Program-made: the position numbers and the translations under genes | In this document: in pieces, positions 21,826-30,695 of the stretch | Position numbering within the stretch: position 1 is the stretch's first letter | How the letters are laid out: the number at the start of each line of letters is the position of its first letter | From: an uncultured Chthoniobacteraceae bacterium | Lineage (GTDB): Bacteria > Verrucomicrobiota > Verrucomicrobiia > Chthoniobacterales > Chthoniobacteraceae | NCBI GenBank assembly: GCA_964651005.1 | Contig: CAZYVL010000002.1 | Location: forward strand, 1,275-54,605 | Length of the DNA: 53,331 nt | Direction: 5' to 3' | The notes under the pieces: model-generated | What the model saw: only the letters and a program-made list of their open reading frames with translations | Databases searched by the model: none | Told to the model about the DNA's origin: nothing

Positions 21826-22635
21826 GTGTTGATCCGTTTTATCACCTCTTTTGCCCTTCTCTCCCGGCTGCCGTGGCGGCTGGCGCTCTTTTTTTTCCTG
21901 CTCGCGCCGGGCGCGGCGTTCTCCGGGGAGGGGGTGGACCTGAACGCGCTCGTGCTTGCGCAGGTGAAGGCGATGCCGCGCGGCGGCGGCTACGCGACGA
22001 GCGCCGAGGCGAGCGGGCGGCTGGCGCGGGCCACCGCGTACGAACCGGGAAAGGAGGGGATCGCCTTGCGGCTCGCCGTCAAAGAGGCGACGCCAAGCTA
22101 TTGCTCCGGGGCGACATACCTCGTGTTTCTCAAAACGCTCGATGCCCTTCACCGGCAGGGGCGGTTGCCGCTCGACGAGGCCGGGGCGCGGGCGCTGCTC
22201 GTGCGGGGGCAGCCGGACGGGGCGGGCATCTGGGGCCGCTGGAACGCCAACGGCCCGGGGACGGCCCGCCTCTTCCACGAGCTGGGGCTGGGCCGCAGCT
22301 TTGACGACTTCGAAAAAGCGCGCCCGGGCGATTTCATGAAGATCTTCTGGACGCGCGAGGTGGGCAGCCGCGAGCGCGGCCACTCCGTCGTTTATCTCGG
22401 GCGCGAAACACGCGACGGCGTGGAGCAGGTCCGCTTCTGGTCGAGCAACCGGCCAGGAGGGTACGGGGAGAAGACGGTGCCCCGGTGGAAAATCGCCTAC
22501 GCCATTTTTTCGCGGCTGGAGCATCCGGAAAACCTGGGCCGCCGGGAGCGGCTCCCCGCCCGCGATCCGTACCTCTCCAGCCTCCTCTCGGTGCGCTCCT
22601 CCGTGGAAGAGGCCCGCGCCAGGAGCGGCTTCTGA
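21826..22635 (+). CDS. Secreted hypothetical protein, possible papain-fold (NlpC/P60-like) Cys/His hydrolase
   Basis: A signal peptide follows the GTG at 21826 ([32 protein letters not shown]). Candidate catalytic residues are [12 protein letters not shown] and GHSVVYLG, in Cys-then-His order. The function is a guess. Confidence 0.45.
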   Translation: MLIRFITSFALLSRLPWRLALFFFLLAPGAAFSGEGVDLNALVLAQVKAMPRGGGYATSAEASGRLARATAYEPGKEGIALRLAVKEATPSYCSGATYLVFLKTLDALHRQGRLPLDEAGARALLVRGQPDGAGIWGRWNANGPGTARLFHELGLGRSFDDFEKARPGDFMKIFWTREVGSRERGHSVVYLGRETRDGVEQVRFWSSNRPGGYGEKTVPRWKIAYAIFSRLEHPENLGRRERLPARDPYLSSLLSVRSSVEEARARSGF

Positions 22636-22701
22636 GCGCGAGGGGGGCGCAAGAGGCGGGGCTTGCATTCGCCCCGCTCCCGAATCAAAAAGGAGCCGCT
22701 C

Positions 22702-23811
22702 ATGAAAGTCATCGACCGTTACGTCAGCAGGCAGATCCTGCTTGCTTCGTTTTTCGCCGTGGCGGTGCTGAGCGTCGTGCTCGTTTTGGGCAATGTTTTC
22801 AAGCAGTTGCTCGATCTGCTCGTTAACCACAACGTACCGCTGGAGTACATCCTCGGCTTCATCGGCTACATTCTCCCGTTTTCGCTCACGTTTACCATTC
22901 CGTGGGGCTTTCTGATCGCCGTGCTGCTCGTGTTTGGCAAGCTTTCGGCGGAAAACGAGTTGATCGCCTTCCGCTCCGTCGGGATCGGGATGCCCCGGCT
23001 TTGCGCCGCAGTGGGAGTGATCGCCGTGGCGTTCTGTGCCATCTGCCTCTGGATCAACCTCCGCGTGGCCCCCGCCGCCCAGGAGAAGATGAAGGCGACG
23101 ATTTTCCACATCGCCACGAGCAACCCGCTGGCGATGTTCGGGAGCGACCAGGTGATCGACGAATTTCCCGGCAAGAAGATCTACGTGGAGCGCAAGGAGG
23201 GAACCTCGCTCTTCAACATTTTGGTTTACTACCTCGGCGAACACGGCGAGCCGCTCACCGTCCTCCATGCGCACCGGGGCGAACTCCAGACCGATCTGGT
23301 GCACAAACAGGTGCTCATGCGGCTCATGGACGCGCGCTACGAGCAGCGCGACCGGGCATTCCCGAAGGATATTACCAGGATCCGCGAGGGGATCAGAATG
23401 AAGGAGGGGGTCTTCCCGATTTCGCTCCAGGAGCTTTATGAAAAAAACAAGCGCCGCCGGAGCGTCGGCCAGCGGACGCTGGAGGAGCTCCTCAAGGTGG
23501 ACACCGCGACGAGTACCGAGCAGGAGCGGACCGCCGCGCTGACGGAAGTGAACAAGCGTTTCTCCTTTTCGCTCGCCTCGATTGCGTTCGCGCTCGTCGG
23601 CGTGCCGCTGGCGATCACCGCGCACCGCAAGGAGACCTCCATCGGCATCCTGCTCTCGCTGATCGTGGCGTTCGTCTACTTTTTCTTCATCATCCTGGCG
23701 ACCACCGTGCGCGATAACCCGAAGTTCCACCCCGAGTGGCTCATCTGGTCGCCCAACGTGATTTTCATCGGGCTGGGAATCTGGCTCTTCTTGCGGCTCG
23801 CGCGCCGGTAG
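22702..23811 (+). CDS. LptF/LptG (YjgP/YjgQ) family permease
   Basis: MKVIDRYVSRQILLASFF... with 6 TM segments and a large periplasmic loop. AAAGGAG lies upstream of the ATG at 22702. Confidence 0.85.
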   Translation: MKVIDRYVSRQILLASFFAVAVLSVVLVLGNVFKQLLDLLVNHNVPLEYILGFIGYILPFSLTFTIPWGFLIAVLLVFGKLSAENELIAFRSVGIGMPRLCAAVGVIAVAFCAICLWINLRVAPAAQEKMKATIFHIATSNPLAMFGSDQVIDEFPGKKIYVERKEGTSLFNILVYYLGEHGEPLTVLHAHRGELQTDLVHKQVLMRLMDARYEQRDRAFPKDITRIREGIRMKEGVFPISLQELYEKNKRRRSVGQRTLEELLKVDTATSTEQERTAALTEVNKRFSFSLASIAFALVGVPLAITAHRKETSIGILLSLIVAFVYFFFIILATTVRDNPKFHPEWLIWSPNVIFIGLGIWLFLRLARR

Positions 23812-23825
23812 GAGGAAACCGGCAT

Positions 23826-23854
23826 TTGAAAATTTGCAAACCGCCTGCTATTTT
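23826..23854 (+). promoter_or_regulatory. Putative sigma70-type promoter of the ParE-type toxin-antitoxin (TA) operon, nearly leaderless
   Basis: TTGAAA (23826-23831), a 17-nt spacer, then TATTTT (23849-23854). The ATG at 23862 is 7 nt after the -10 element. The palindrome TTTGCAAA (23833-23840) in the spacer is a possible operator. Confidence 0.4.
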
Positions 23855-23861
23855 TCCAAGC

Positions 23862-24095
23862 ATGAGCCTATCTGTTGAAGAGATCGCCGAAGAGGCGCTT
23901 TCCCTCCCGAGCGAGGCGCGGGCGCTGCTTGCCGACCGTCTCGTCGAGAGTCTTGATCCTGCCGAAGATCGCGACATCAAACCGCTTTGGGAGGCCGAGG
24001 CTCGCCGCCGCCTGGAGGATATTCGTGCCGGGCGGGTTCAAGCCATTCCGGGTGATGAGGCATTGGCTCGCGTCCGTTCGGCGGTCGGGCGATGA
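23862..24095 (+). CDS. Type II antitoxin (putative addiction module component, TIGR02574-like)
   Basis: MSLSVEEIAEEALSLPSEARALLADRLVESLDP...LWEAEARRRLEDIRAGRV. It has an ATGA overlap with the downstream toxin gene. Confidence 0.8.
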   Translation: MSLSVEEIAEEALSLPSEARALLADRLVESLDPAEDRDIKPLWEAEARRRLEDIRAGRVQAIPGDEALARVRSAVGR

Positions 24096-24394
24096 AATAC
24101 GAGTTTCATCCTGAAGCTCTTCGGGAGTTTGAGGAAGCCGCCCGGTACTATGCCGCGTGTCACGCCGGACTGGAGCTTCGGTTCATCGCCAGCATCAAGT
24201 CAGCGATTCAGCGGGTTTTGAGTGAACCGTCGCGATGGCGCGCCTTCGACGGAGATGTTCGGCGTTGTCTTGCCCATGTTTTCCCGTACGCAGTACTCTA
24301 CTCCATCGAGGAGGATCATGTGCTGATTCTCGCGATCATGCATTGTCGCCGTGCTCCGGGCTACTGGAGGCATCGCGGCCAGCCGGAAACTTGA
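24092..24394 (+). CDS. Type II toxin, ParE/RelE family
   Basis: MKYEFHPEALREFEEAARYY...RRCLAHVFPYAVLYSIEEDHVLILAIMHCRRAPGYW is the typical ParE/RelE-fold pattern. Confidence 0.85.
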   Translation: MKYEFHPEALREFEEAARYYAACHAGLELRFIASIKSAIQRVLSEPSRWRAFDGDVRRCLAHVFPYAVLYSIEEDHVLILAIMHCRRAPGYWRHRGQPET

Positions 24395-24406
24395 GGTGGA
24401 TTTTTT

Positions 24407-24438
24407 AGCCTCCCAGCCTCCCAGCCTCCCAGCCTCCC
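24407..24438. repeat. Perfect tandem repeat (AGCCTCCC)x4, which reads (GGGAGGCT)x4 on the minus strand
   Basis: Read directly from the sequence. It lies 12 nt after the ParE-type toxin stop and 14 nt after the GlcD-like stop, in a convergent gap. Confidence 0.95.
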
Positions 24439-24452
24439 TTTGGAGCTGATCC

Positions 24453-25838
24453 CTACGCCCCGCGCGTGGCGGTAAATTTCCCCGGGTTGAGAATCCCGAG
24501 CGGGTCGAGCGCGGTCTTGATCGCGGCGTGGACCTCGCGGCTGACGGGCGAGGCGGCGTCGGGCCACCACCGTTCCTTGGCGATGCCGATGCCGTGCTCG
24601 CCGGTGATCGCGCCGCCCCACGCCAGCACCTGCGCGAAGAGCGCGTCGAGGGCGTGCCCGACTTTCTCGCGCACCTCGGGGCGGTCGTAGTCCGCCGCCA
24701 TGATGTTGGTGTGGATGTTGCCGTCGCCCGCGTGGCCGAAGCAGGCGACGGGAAAGCCGTACTTCTCCCGCAGCCCGGCGGCGAACGCCGCCAGATCGGC
24801 AAGCCTCCCGCGCGGGACCACGATGTCTTCGTTGAGCTTGGTGAGCCCCGTCGCCTTGAGCGATTGCGAAAACTTCCGCCGCAGCCCCCAGAGCGCCTCG
24901 CACTCCGCCTCGCCGAAGGCTTCCGCCAGGTGCAGCGCGCCGAGCTTGCGCACCAGCGCCGCGAGCGCCCGCGCCTCCCCGCGCACGGATTCCTCCTGCC
25001 CGTCGAGGTCGATCAGCAGATGCCCCTCTCCCTCCGGGACGATCGCCGCGCCGAAGTATTCGCGCGCGGAGCGGAGCGTGAAGGCGTCGGCGATTTCCAG
25101 CGCGGCGGGGAGATACCCGGCCCCGAGCACCCGCTGCACGGCATCCGCCGCTTCGTTAAAAGTCGCGAAGCACGCTGAGATCGTCGCGCGCGCCGGGGGG
25201 AGCGGGATCAGCCGCAGCGTCGCCTCCGTGACGACGCCGAGCAACCCTTCCGAGCCGGTAAAGAGGCCCACGAGGTCAAACCCGGTCTTGTTCTTGTGCG
25301 TCCGCCCGCCGGTGCGGAGCACTTCGCCGCTGGCAAGCACGACCTCCAGCCCGAGCACGTAGGAGCGGGTCACGCCGTACTTGAGGCAGCGCGGCCCGCC
25401 CGCGTTGGTAGCGATGTTCCCGCCCAGGGAGCATTCGTCGAGGCTCGCCGGGTCCGGGGGATAGAAAAGCCCCTGCTCGCGGACGGCAGCCTGGAGCACG
25501 CCGGTAATCACCCCCGGCTCCACGACGGCCACGCCGTCCGCCGCGTGGATCTCCCGGATGCGGTTCATCCGCGCCACGGAGAGGGCGATCCCGCCCCGCA
25601 GCGGCACGCAGCCGCCGACATAGCCGACGCCCGCGCCGCGTGGCGTCACCGGGATGCGGCGCTCCGAGGCGAAGCGGAGCAGGCGGCTGACCTGCTCCCT
25701 GTTTTCCGCGAGTACCACGACTTCCGGCTCGCGGCTGGCGAACCATTTGTCCCGGGCGTGGAGGGCGAGCGTTTCCGCATCGTCGCGCACCACCTCCGGC
25801 CCGAGCAGGCTTGCGAGTTCGTCTTTGAGCTTCATCAT
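24453..25838 (-). CDS. FAD-linked oxidase (GlcD / D-lactate dehydrogenase family)
   Basis: 461 aa with the FAD-binding PCMH domain (PVTPRGAGVGYVGGCVP) and the C-terminal FAD-oxidase_C domain (GDGNIHTNI...GGAITGEHGIG). No glcE or glcF lies adjacent. Confidence 0.9.
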   Translation of the reverse strand: MMKLKDELASLLGPEVVRDDAETLALHARDKWFASREPEVVVLAENREQVSRLLRFASERRIPVTPRGAGVGYVGGCVPLRGGIALSVARMNRIREIHAADGVAVVEPGVITGVLQAAVREQGLFYPPDPASLDECSLGGNIATNAGGPRCLKYGVTRSYVLGLEVVLASGEVLRTGGRTHKNKTGFDLVGLFTGSEGLLGVVTEATLRLIPLPPARATISACFATFNEAADAVQRVLGAGYLPAALEIADAFTLRSAREYFGAAIVPEGEGHLLIDLDGQEESVRGEARALAALVRKLGALHLAEAFGEAECEALWGLRRKFSQSLKATGLTKLNEDIVVPRGRLADLAAFAAGLREKYGFPVACFGHAGDGNIHTNIMAADYDRPEVREKVGHALDALFAQVLAWGGAITGEHGIGIAKERWWPDAASPVSREVHAAIKTALDPLGILNPGKFTATRGA

Positions 25839-25851
25839 CGGTCAGAACGGG

Positions 25852-26262
25852 TTACGGGTCTTTGGGCGCGGGAATCAAGGCGCGCAGGCGGGCGGTGGTC
25901 TGGTCGCGGTCGAGACGGCTCGCGGCCACGTCGAGGACGAGAGCTTCCCAGGCGTCCACCGGGAGATCGGGGCACTTCAGCAACCCGTTGCACTTGAGGA
26001 AAACGAGGCAGGAAGCGAGCGCCGTCCTCTTGTTGCCGTCGATGAACGGATGGTTGCGGCAGAGGTAAAAAAGATAAGCCGCCGCCACTTCGATGGAATC
26101 GCTCAGGATCGGCTGCCCCATCATGGTCGCCTGGGGAGCCGCCACGGCGGATTCCAGCAACCCTTCGTCGCGCAGCCCGGGCGAGCCGCCATGCGCGGCG
26201 AGCACCTCCGCGTGGATCGCCTTGACCGCCGAGGGTGTGAGGTGTTCGAGCGGAGCGTTCAT
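25852..26262 (-). CDS. doc: Fic/Doc family toxin (death-on-curing)
   Basis: Fic motif HPFIDGNKRTA, 136 aa, with an ATGA overlap with the upstream antitoxin gene. Confidence 0.9.
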   Translation of the reverse strand: MNAPLEHLTPSAVKAIHAEVLAAHGGSPGLRDEGLLESAVAAPQATMMGQPILSDSIEVAAAYLFYLCRNHPFIDGNKRTALASCLVFLKCNGLLKCPDLPVDAWEALVLDVAASRLDRDQTTARLRALIPAPKDP

Positions 26263-26486
26263 GAGAGAAGCCGGAACAGCTCGGAGTTGGACTGGATCAG
26301 TTCGCGGGCGTTCTTCGCCGCCGCTTCGGGCGTGATGACGGGGCGCAGAGGCACCAACGTGATCGCCCCTCCCTCATGAACCGTCACATCCACCTGATCC
26401 CCCACCCGGAGGCGGGTCAGGTCGAGCAGCGTCGAATCGAAAATGATCCCCTGGGAGTTGCCGATTTTGGTGATCGTCTTGACCAT
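26259..26486 (-). CDS. AbrB/MazE/SpoVT-type antitoxin
   Basis: MVKTITKIGNSQGIIFDSTLLDLTRLRVGDQVDVTV is a swapped-hairpin AbrB-type DNA-binding domain. 75 aa. Confidence 0.85.
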   Translation of the reverse strand: MVKTITKIGNSQGIIFDSTLLDLTRLRVGDQVDVTVHEGGAITLVPLRPVITPEAAAKNARELIQSNSELFRLLS

Positions 26487-26492
26487 GCCGTA

Positions 26493-26520
26493 AAACTATG
26501 TATTACGAGGCCGATTTCAA
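26493..26520 (-). promoter_or_regulatory. Putative sigma70-type promoter of the AbrB-type/doc TA operon, nearly leaderless
   Basis: On the minus strand: TTGAAA (26520-26515), a 16-nt spacer, then TAGTTT (26498-26493), with the ATG at 26486 six nt further on. The inverted repeat GCCGATT/AATCGGC (26510-26531) overlaps the -35 element. Confidence 0.35.
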
Positions 26521-26538
26521 CCAGAATCGGCTCCCCGC

Positions 26539-27294
26539 TCACAGTTTCAGCGCCCGCTGGCGGTAGTGTTCGTCGATCCGGTTGGCGATCCGGTCTACGT
26601 CCTCAGGGGTGAGGAACTTCGGCCCGCCCATCGCGGCGGCTCCGGCGAAGATGGCGGCGCTCTTCTCCGCCATGAACATCGCCGCCTTCACCGCTTCGGG
26701 CGAAGCGCCGAGCGTGATGAGCCCGTGGTTCTCCAGCAGGATGACGCGCGGCGGCTGGCCCCATTTTTCCGCATGGCGCTGCGTCTCCTCGCGGATCGCC
26801 TGCGAGAGCTTCAAGCCTGGGTCGGTGTACGGGACGAAGCCGGAAGCCGGGCCGCAGCAGACGATCTCGTCGGGGAAGAGCTTGCGCTGGGCGAAATCGA
26901 GGGCGCGCGGCGAGCAAAGGATCTGGTTGACCGTGACGGAGTGGGTATGGCCGACGAAATTCACCCCCGGCAGCGAAAGAAGATAGGCGTGGAAAAGCGC
27001 CTCGACAGAGGGCTTCTTCGCCTGCGGATCGACGCGGCAGGCAAAAAGCTCGTCCTCGATCTGCTGGTCGGAAAGGTCGTCACGCTCCAGCATCGCCAGC
27101 AGCGGCGCAAAGCGGCATTCCACCACGTCGGCTTCCGTGAGCGTACCGAGGGAGCTGCCGCTGGCCTTGACGAGGAAGGTCTCTTCTCCCAGGCGGCAGG
27201 AGGTGTTTCCCTCGCCGAGAATGGCGAGCTTGCGGTGTTCGGCTCCGAGGTCGTGCGAGAGGGCGATGAGGCGTTGTTTCTCCGAAGAGTGCAT
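26539..27294 (-). CDS. Class II aldolase/adducin family protein
   Basis: From the ATG at 27294: MHSSEKQRLIALSHDLG...ILGEGNTS...VKASGSSL...GHTHS...LENHGLITLG. The track's longer start adds low-complexity sequence. Confidence 0.85.
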   Translation of the reverse strand: MHSSEKQRLIALSHDLGAEHRKLAILGEGNTSCRLGEETFLVKASGSSLGTLTEADVVECRFAPLLAMLERDDLSDQQIEDELFACRVDPQAKKPSVEALFHAYLLSLPGVNFVGHTHSVTVNQILCSPRALDFAQRKLFPDEIVCCGPASGFVPYTDPGLKLSQAIREETQRHAEKWGQPPRVILLENHGLITLGASPEAVKAAMFMAEKSAAIFAGAAAMGGPKFLTPEDVDRIANRIDEHYRQRALKL

Positions 27295-27409
27295 CCCGAA
27301 GGTATAAGGCGGGGAAGGGGAGGAGGGCAATCCATGAAATTGAGGTGCGCGCGGGGGCGCGGGATTTTCCGGGTTTCCGGTTTCGCCTCCGCGCTGGTAT
27401 GGGTGGAGG

Positions 27410-28813
27410 ATGCGCAAGACGAAGATCGTTTGCACCCTCGGTCCCGCTTCCGGCAGCAGGGAGACGCTTCGCGAACTGGTGGCGGCGGGAGCCAATCTTT
27501 TCCGGCTGAACATGAGCCACGCCGCGCACGACTGGGTGCGCGCCGTTGTCCCGGAGATCCGCGCCGTCGCGGAGGAACTCCGCGAGCCGGTCGGCATCCT
27601 CCTCGATACCCAGGGGCCGGCCATCCGCACGGGCGACCTCCCTGGCAAGCTCGAACTCAAGCCGGGCGATCTCCTGGAGCTGCGGCTGCGCGGCGCGCCC
27701 GCGCGGGAGGCGTACTCCACGGAGGTCAACTACGACGGCCTCGTGGACGACCTGCAAGAGGGCCATAAGGTGCTCGTCGATAACGGCCTCATCCACCTCG
27801 AAGTGGTGGAAAAACAGGCCGACCGCCTCCTCTGCCGCGTCCTGACGGCGGGGACGCTCGGTTCGCGGCGGCACATCAACCTGCCGGGGGTGAAGGTCCA
27901 GCTCCCCGCGCTGACGGAGAAAGACCGCGCCGACATCGCCCTCGGGACCGAGATGGGAGTCGATCTCGTCGCGTTGAGCTTCTGCCGGGAGGCAGCGGAC
28001 GTGGAAATGCTGCGCGAGCTGCTGCGCGCGCACGGCAGCCAGGCGCGCGTCGTGGCGAAGATCGAGGACCAGCTTGCCGTGCACAACCTCCGGGAGATCG
28101 TGGAGAAGGGGGACATCGTGATGGTGGCGCGGGGCGATCTCGGCATCGAGTGCGCGATGGAAGAGCTGCCGATCATCCAGCGGCGCATCGTCAAGCTCTG
28201 CCACCGCCTGGGCCGCCCGGTGATCGTCGCCACGCAGCTTCTGGAGTCGATGATTTCCAGCCCGATGCCGACGCGCGCCGAAGTGACCGACGTGGCCAAC
28301 GCCGCCTTCGAGCAGGCCGACGCCGTGATGCTGAGCGGGGAGACCGCCGTTGGCCGCTACCCCGTCGAATGCGTGAAAGTGCTCGACCGCGTGACACGCC
28401 GCATCGAGCGGAGCGGCGGAGCCGGGTACGCCGCCGAGGCGATCCTGCGCACCGACCGCGAGCGGACGATGCAAGCCGCCGTGGTGCTCGCCAACTCGCT
28501 GGAGCGTTCCGCGCTTGTGGTCTTCACCCGCCGGGGGCTTGTCGCCAACGTGATCTCCTCGCGCCGCCCGCTGCGCGCGCCGATCTTCGCCTTCACCGAC
28601 AACGAAGCCGTCTGCCGCCGCATCGTGCTCAACTGGGGAACCTACCCGATGCTGATGCCCTTCGACGCCGACCCGGATGCCACGCTGCGCCGCGCGGCGG
28701 AGCAGTTGCGCGAGCGGGGGTTCGTCACGCCCGGCGACAAGCTTGTCATCGTAAGCGACCTCCTCTGCCGGGAGGACCTTTACGACTCGATCCAGGTCCG
28801 GCCTGTTTTATAA
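27410..28813 (+). CDS. pyk: Pyruvate kinase
   Basis: MRKTKIVCTLGPAS...NLFRLNMSHA...DTQGPAIRTG...MVARGDLGIE...ATQLLESM... Confidence 0.95.
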   Translation: MRKTKIVCTLGPASGSRETLRELVAAGANLFRLNMSHAAHDWVRAVVPEIRAVAEELREPVGILLDTQGPAIRTGDLPGKLELKPGDLLELRLRGAPAREAYSTEVNYDGLVDDLQEGHKVLVDNGLIHLEVVEKQADRLLCRVLTAGTLGSRRHINLPGVKVQLPALTEKDRADIALGTEMGVDLVALSFCREAADVEMLRELLRAHGSQARVVAKIEDQLAVHNLREIVEKGDIVMVARGDLGIECAMEELPIIQRRIVKLCHRLGRPVIVATQLLESMISSPMPTRAEVTDVANAAFEQADAVMLSGETAVGRYPVECVKVLDRVTRRIERSGGAGYAAEAILRTDRERTMQAAVVLANSLERSALVVFTRRGLVANVISSRRPLRAPIFAFTDNEAVCRRIVLNWGTYPMLMPFDADPDATLRRAAEQLRERGFVTPGDKLVIVSDLLCREDLYDSIQVRPVL

Positions 28814-29860
28814 AACAGGCTCTTCGGGGAGCGTGCAGCGCGCTTTCATATATTCGAGCGCCCGCCGTGCCGGTTCCGCCGGGAACGGTTCGTCGCGCTC
28901 CAGGTACTCGTCGCAGAGGCGATGGAACTCCGCCTCCGTCGTGGCGCGGCGGATGGCGTGGAGGAACGCTTCGTCCTCGCCGATCCCCTGGCCGATGAAG
29001 TTCATGTACCGCTTCATCTTCGAGACGTTGGCCGCTTCGGGAAGACGCGGTACGCGGGTTTCCGCGAAAAGCACGTCGATGTAGCCACGCAGATCGCGCA
29101 GTGTCGGCTGGAACACGGGCCGCCCCTCGGCCTCGTCGCGCAGTTGCCCGAAGAGCCACGGGTTGCGGATCGCCCCGCGCCCGATCATCAGCCCCGCCGC
29201 GCCGGTGGCCGCCACGGTTTCGCGCGCCAGCGCGACGGAGAGGACATTGCCGTTGGCGAAGACCGGCGCGTCGAGCCGCTCCACGGCCTGGCGGATGCGG
29301 TCGAGGTGCACACGCGTGCGGTACATCTCCCGGACGGTGCGCCCGTGCACGGTGAAGGCATCGACGCGGTGCCGGGCGAAGAGGTCGAGCAGACGGTCGA
29401 ACTCGCACGGGTCGTCGTAGCCGATCCGGGTCTTGACCGTGAAGGCGACGCCAACGGCGTCACGGAGCGCGGCGAGGATGGCGTCGATCTGCTCCGGGTG
29501 CTTGAGCAGGCCGCCGCCCGCGTTTTTCTTGCAGACGATCGGGGCGGGGCAGCCGAGGTTCAGGTCGATGCCGATGACGTTGTGCCGCTGGAGCGCCTCC
29601 GCCGTGCGGACGAGGGAGGGGATGTCCTCGCCGATCATCTGCGCGATCACGGGCCGCCCCGTCGGGTTGCTGTCGATGTCGGCGAGGAGATGCCGCTCCG
29701 GCTTCGAGTCGCGGTGAACACGGAAGTATTCCGTGAAGTAGACATCCGGGCCGCCGTAGCGGTGCATCACCCGCCAGAAAGGGAGATCGGTCACATCCTG
29801 CATCGGCGCGAGCAGAAGCAGCGGGCGGTGGCCGGGGATCAGGGCGCGGAGGGAAGGCAT
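28808..29860 (-). CDS. tRNA-dihydrouridine synthase
   Basis: From the ATG at 29860: LLLAPMQDVTDLPFW...IDLNLGCPAPIVCKKNAGGGLL...VKTRIG...HGRT...GRGAIRNPW. Confidence 0.9.
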   Translation of the reverse strand: MPSLRALIPGHRPLLLLAPMQDVTDLPFWRVMHRYGGPDVYFTEYFRVHRDSKPERHLLADIDSNPTGRPVIAQMIGEDIPSLVRTAEALQRHNVIGIDLNLGCPAPIVCKKNAGGGLLKHPEQIDAILAALRDAVGVAFTVKTRIGYDDPCEFDRLLDLFARHRVDAFTVHGRTVREMYRTRVHLDRIRQAVERLDAPVFANGNVLSVALARETVAATGAAGLMIGRGAIRNPWLFGQLRDEAEGRPVFQPTLRDLRGYIDVLFAETRVPRLPEAANVSKMKRYMNFIGQGIGEDEAFLHAIRRATTEAEFHRLCDEYLERDEPFPAEPARRALEYMKARCTLPEEPVL

Positions 29861-29995
29861 GAGGGCATGGAGGAACCTGGCCCAGCCTCCGGGGGGAGCG
29901 CGCCTTTGGCAAGCGTTCTTGCCATGCTTTCCGTTGCGGGCGGGGGCGATCCCGTGCGTTGCATTTGCCGTCAACGGGGCGTATAAACACCCTTC

Positions 29996-30682
29996 ATGAT
30001 CGACTACATGCAGAAGGGCGGGCCGCTGATGTGGCTTCTGCTGCTGCTGAGCATTCTCTCCGTCACTCTGTTTTTCGAACGCCTGGTCTACTACCACCGC
30101 GCGACCATCCGCGTGGGCGAGTTTCTTCGCGGGCTGGCGAATTTGATTGGCCGCCGCAACTTCGCCGAGGCGCTGCACGAAAGCGCCGGAACGCCGGGGC
30201 CGGTCGCCCGGGTGATCCACGCCGCGATCCTCCGGCACGACGCGCCGCGCCCGGAACTCCGGCAGATCGCCCAGGAGGCGGGCCAGTTGGAAGTGCCGAA
30301 GCTGGAGCGGTATCTGCCGATGCTCGCGGCGATCGCCTACGTCGCCCCGCTAGTCGGGCTGCTCGGCACCGTGACCGGGTTGATCGACGCCTTTGTCGCG
30401 CTCTCCAGCCAGGCGGGCGCGGCGACGACGATGGAAGTCTCCGCCGGGATCTACAAGAGCCTGCTGACCACGGCGGCGGGCCTGGTGGTGGCGATCCCGA
30501 CGGCGCTGGCGCACAGTTTTCTCTCCTCGCGGGTCAACTCCCTTCTCCACGACATGGAGCGGGGCGGCATCGAGATCGTCAACCTGCTCGCCGCAAAGAC
30601 GGAGAAGAGCGCCGCGAGCCCTGAAAACGCCGGGATCATCGAGTTCGAAGCGCGCAAGCCCGCAGCCCGCGCGGCGGAATAA
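29996..30682 (+). CDS. exbB: MotA/TolQ/ExbB proton-channel family protein
   Basis: GPLMWLLLLLSILSVTLFFER...LAAIAYVAPLVGLLGTVTGLIDAF...LLTTAAGLVVAIP. An ExbD-like and a TonB-like gene follow it. Confidence 0.8.
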   Translation: MIDYMQKGGPLMWLLLLLSILSVTLFFERLVYYHRATIRVGEFLRGLANLIGRRNFAEALHESAGTPGPVARVIHAAILRHDAPRPELRQIAQEAGQLEVPKLERYLPMLAAIAYVAPLVGLLGTVTGLIDAFVALSSQAGAATTMEVSAGIYKSLLTTAAGLVVAIPTALAHSFLSSRVNSLLHDMERGGIEIVNLLAAKTEKSAASPENAGIIEFEARKPAARAAE

Positions 30683-30695
30683 CCCTCCTTTTTTC

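Noticed and set aside
21622-23730. 702-aa minus-strand ORF
   Set aside because: It is antisense to the secreted Cys/His protein gene and the LptF/G permease gene. Its composition is low-complexity.
24407-24438. The short tandem repeats at 24407-24438 and 34047-34088 as CRISPR arrays
   Set aside because: The units are 7-8 bp and contiguous, with no spacers, and there are no cas genes. They are simple tandem repeats.
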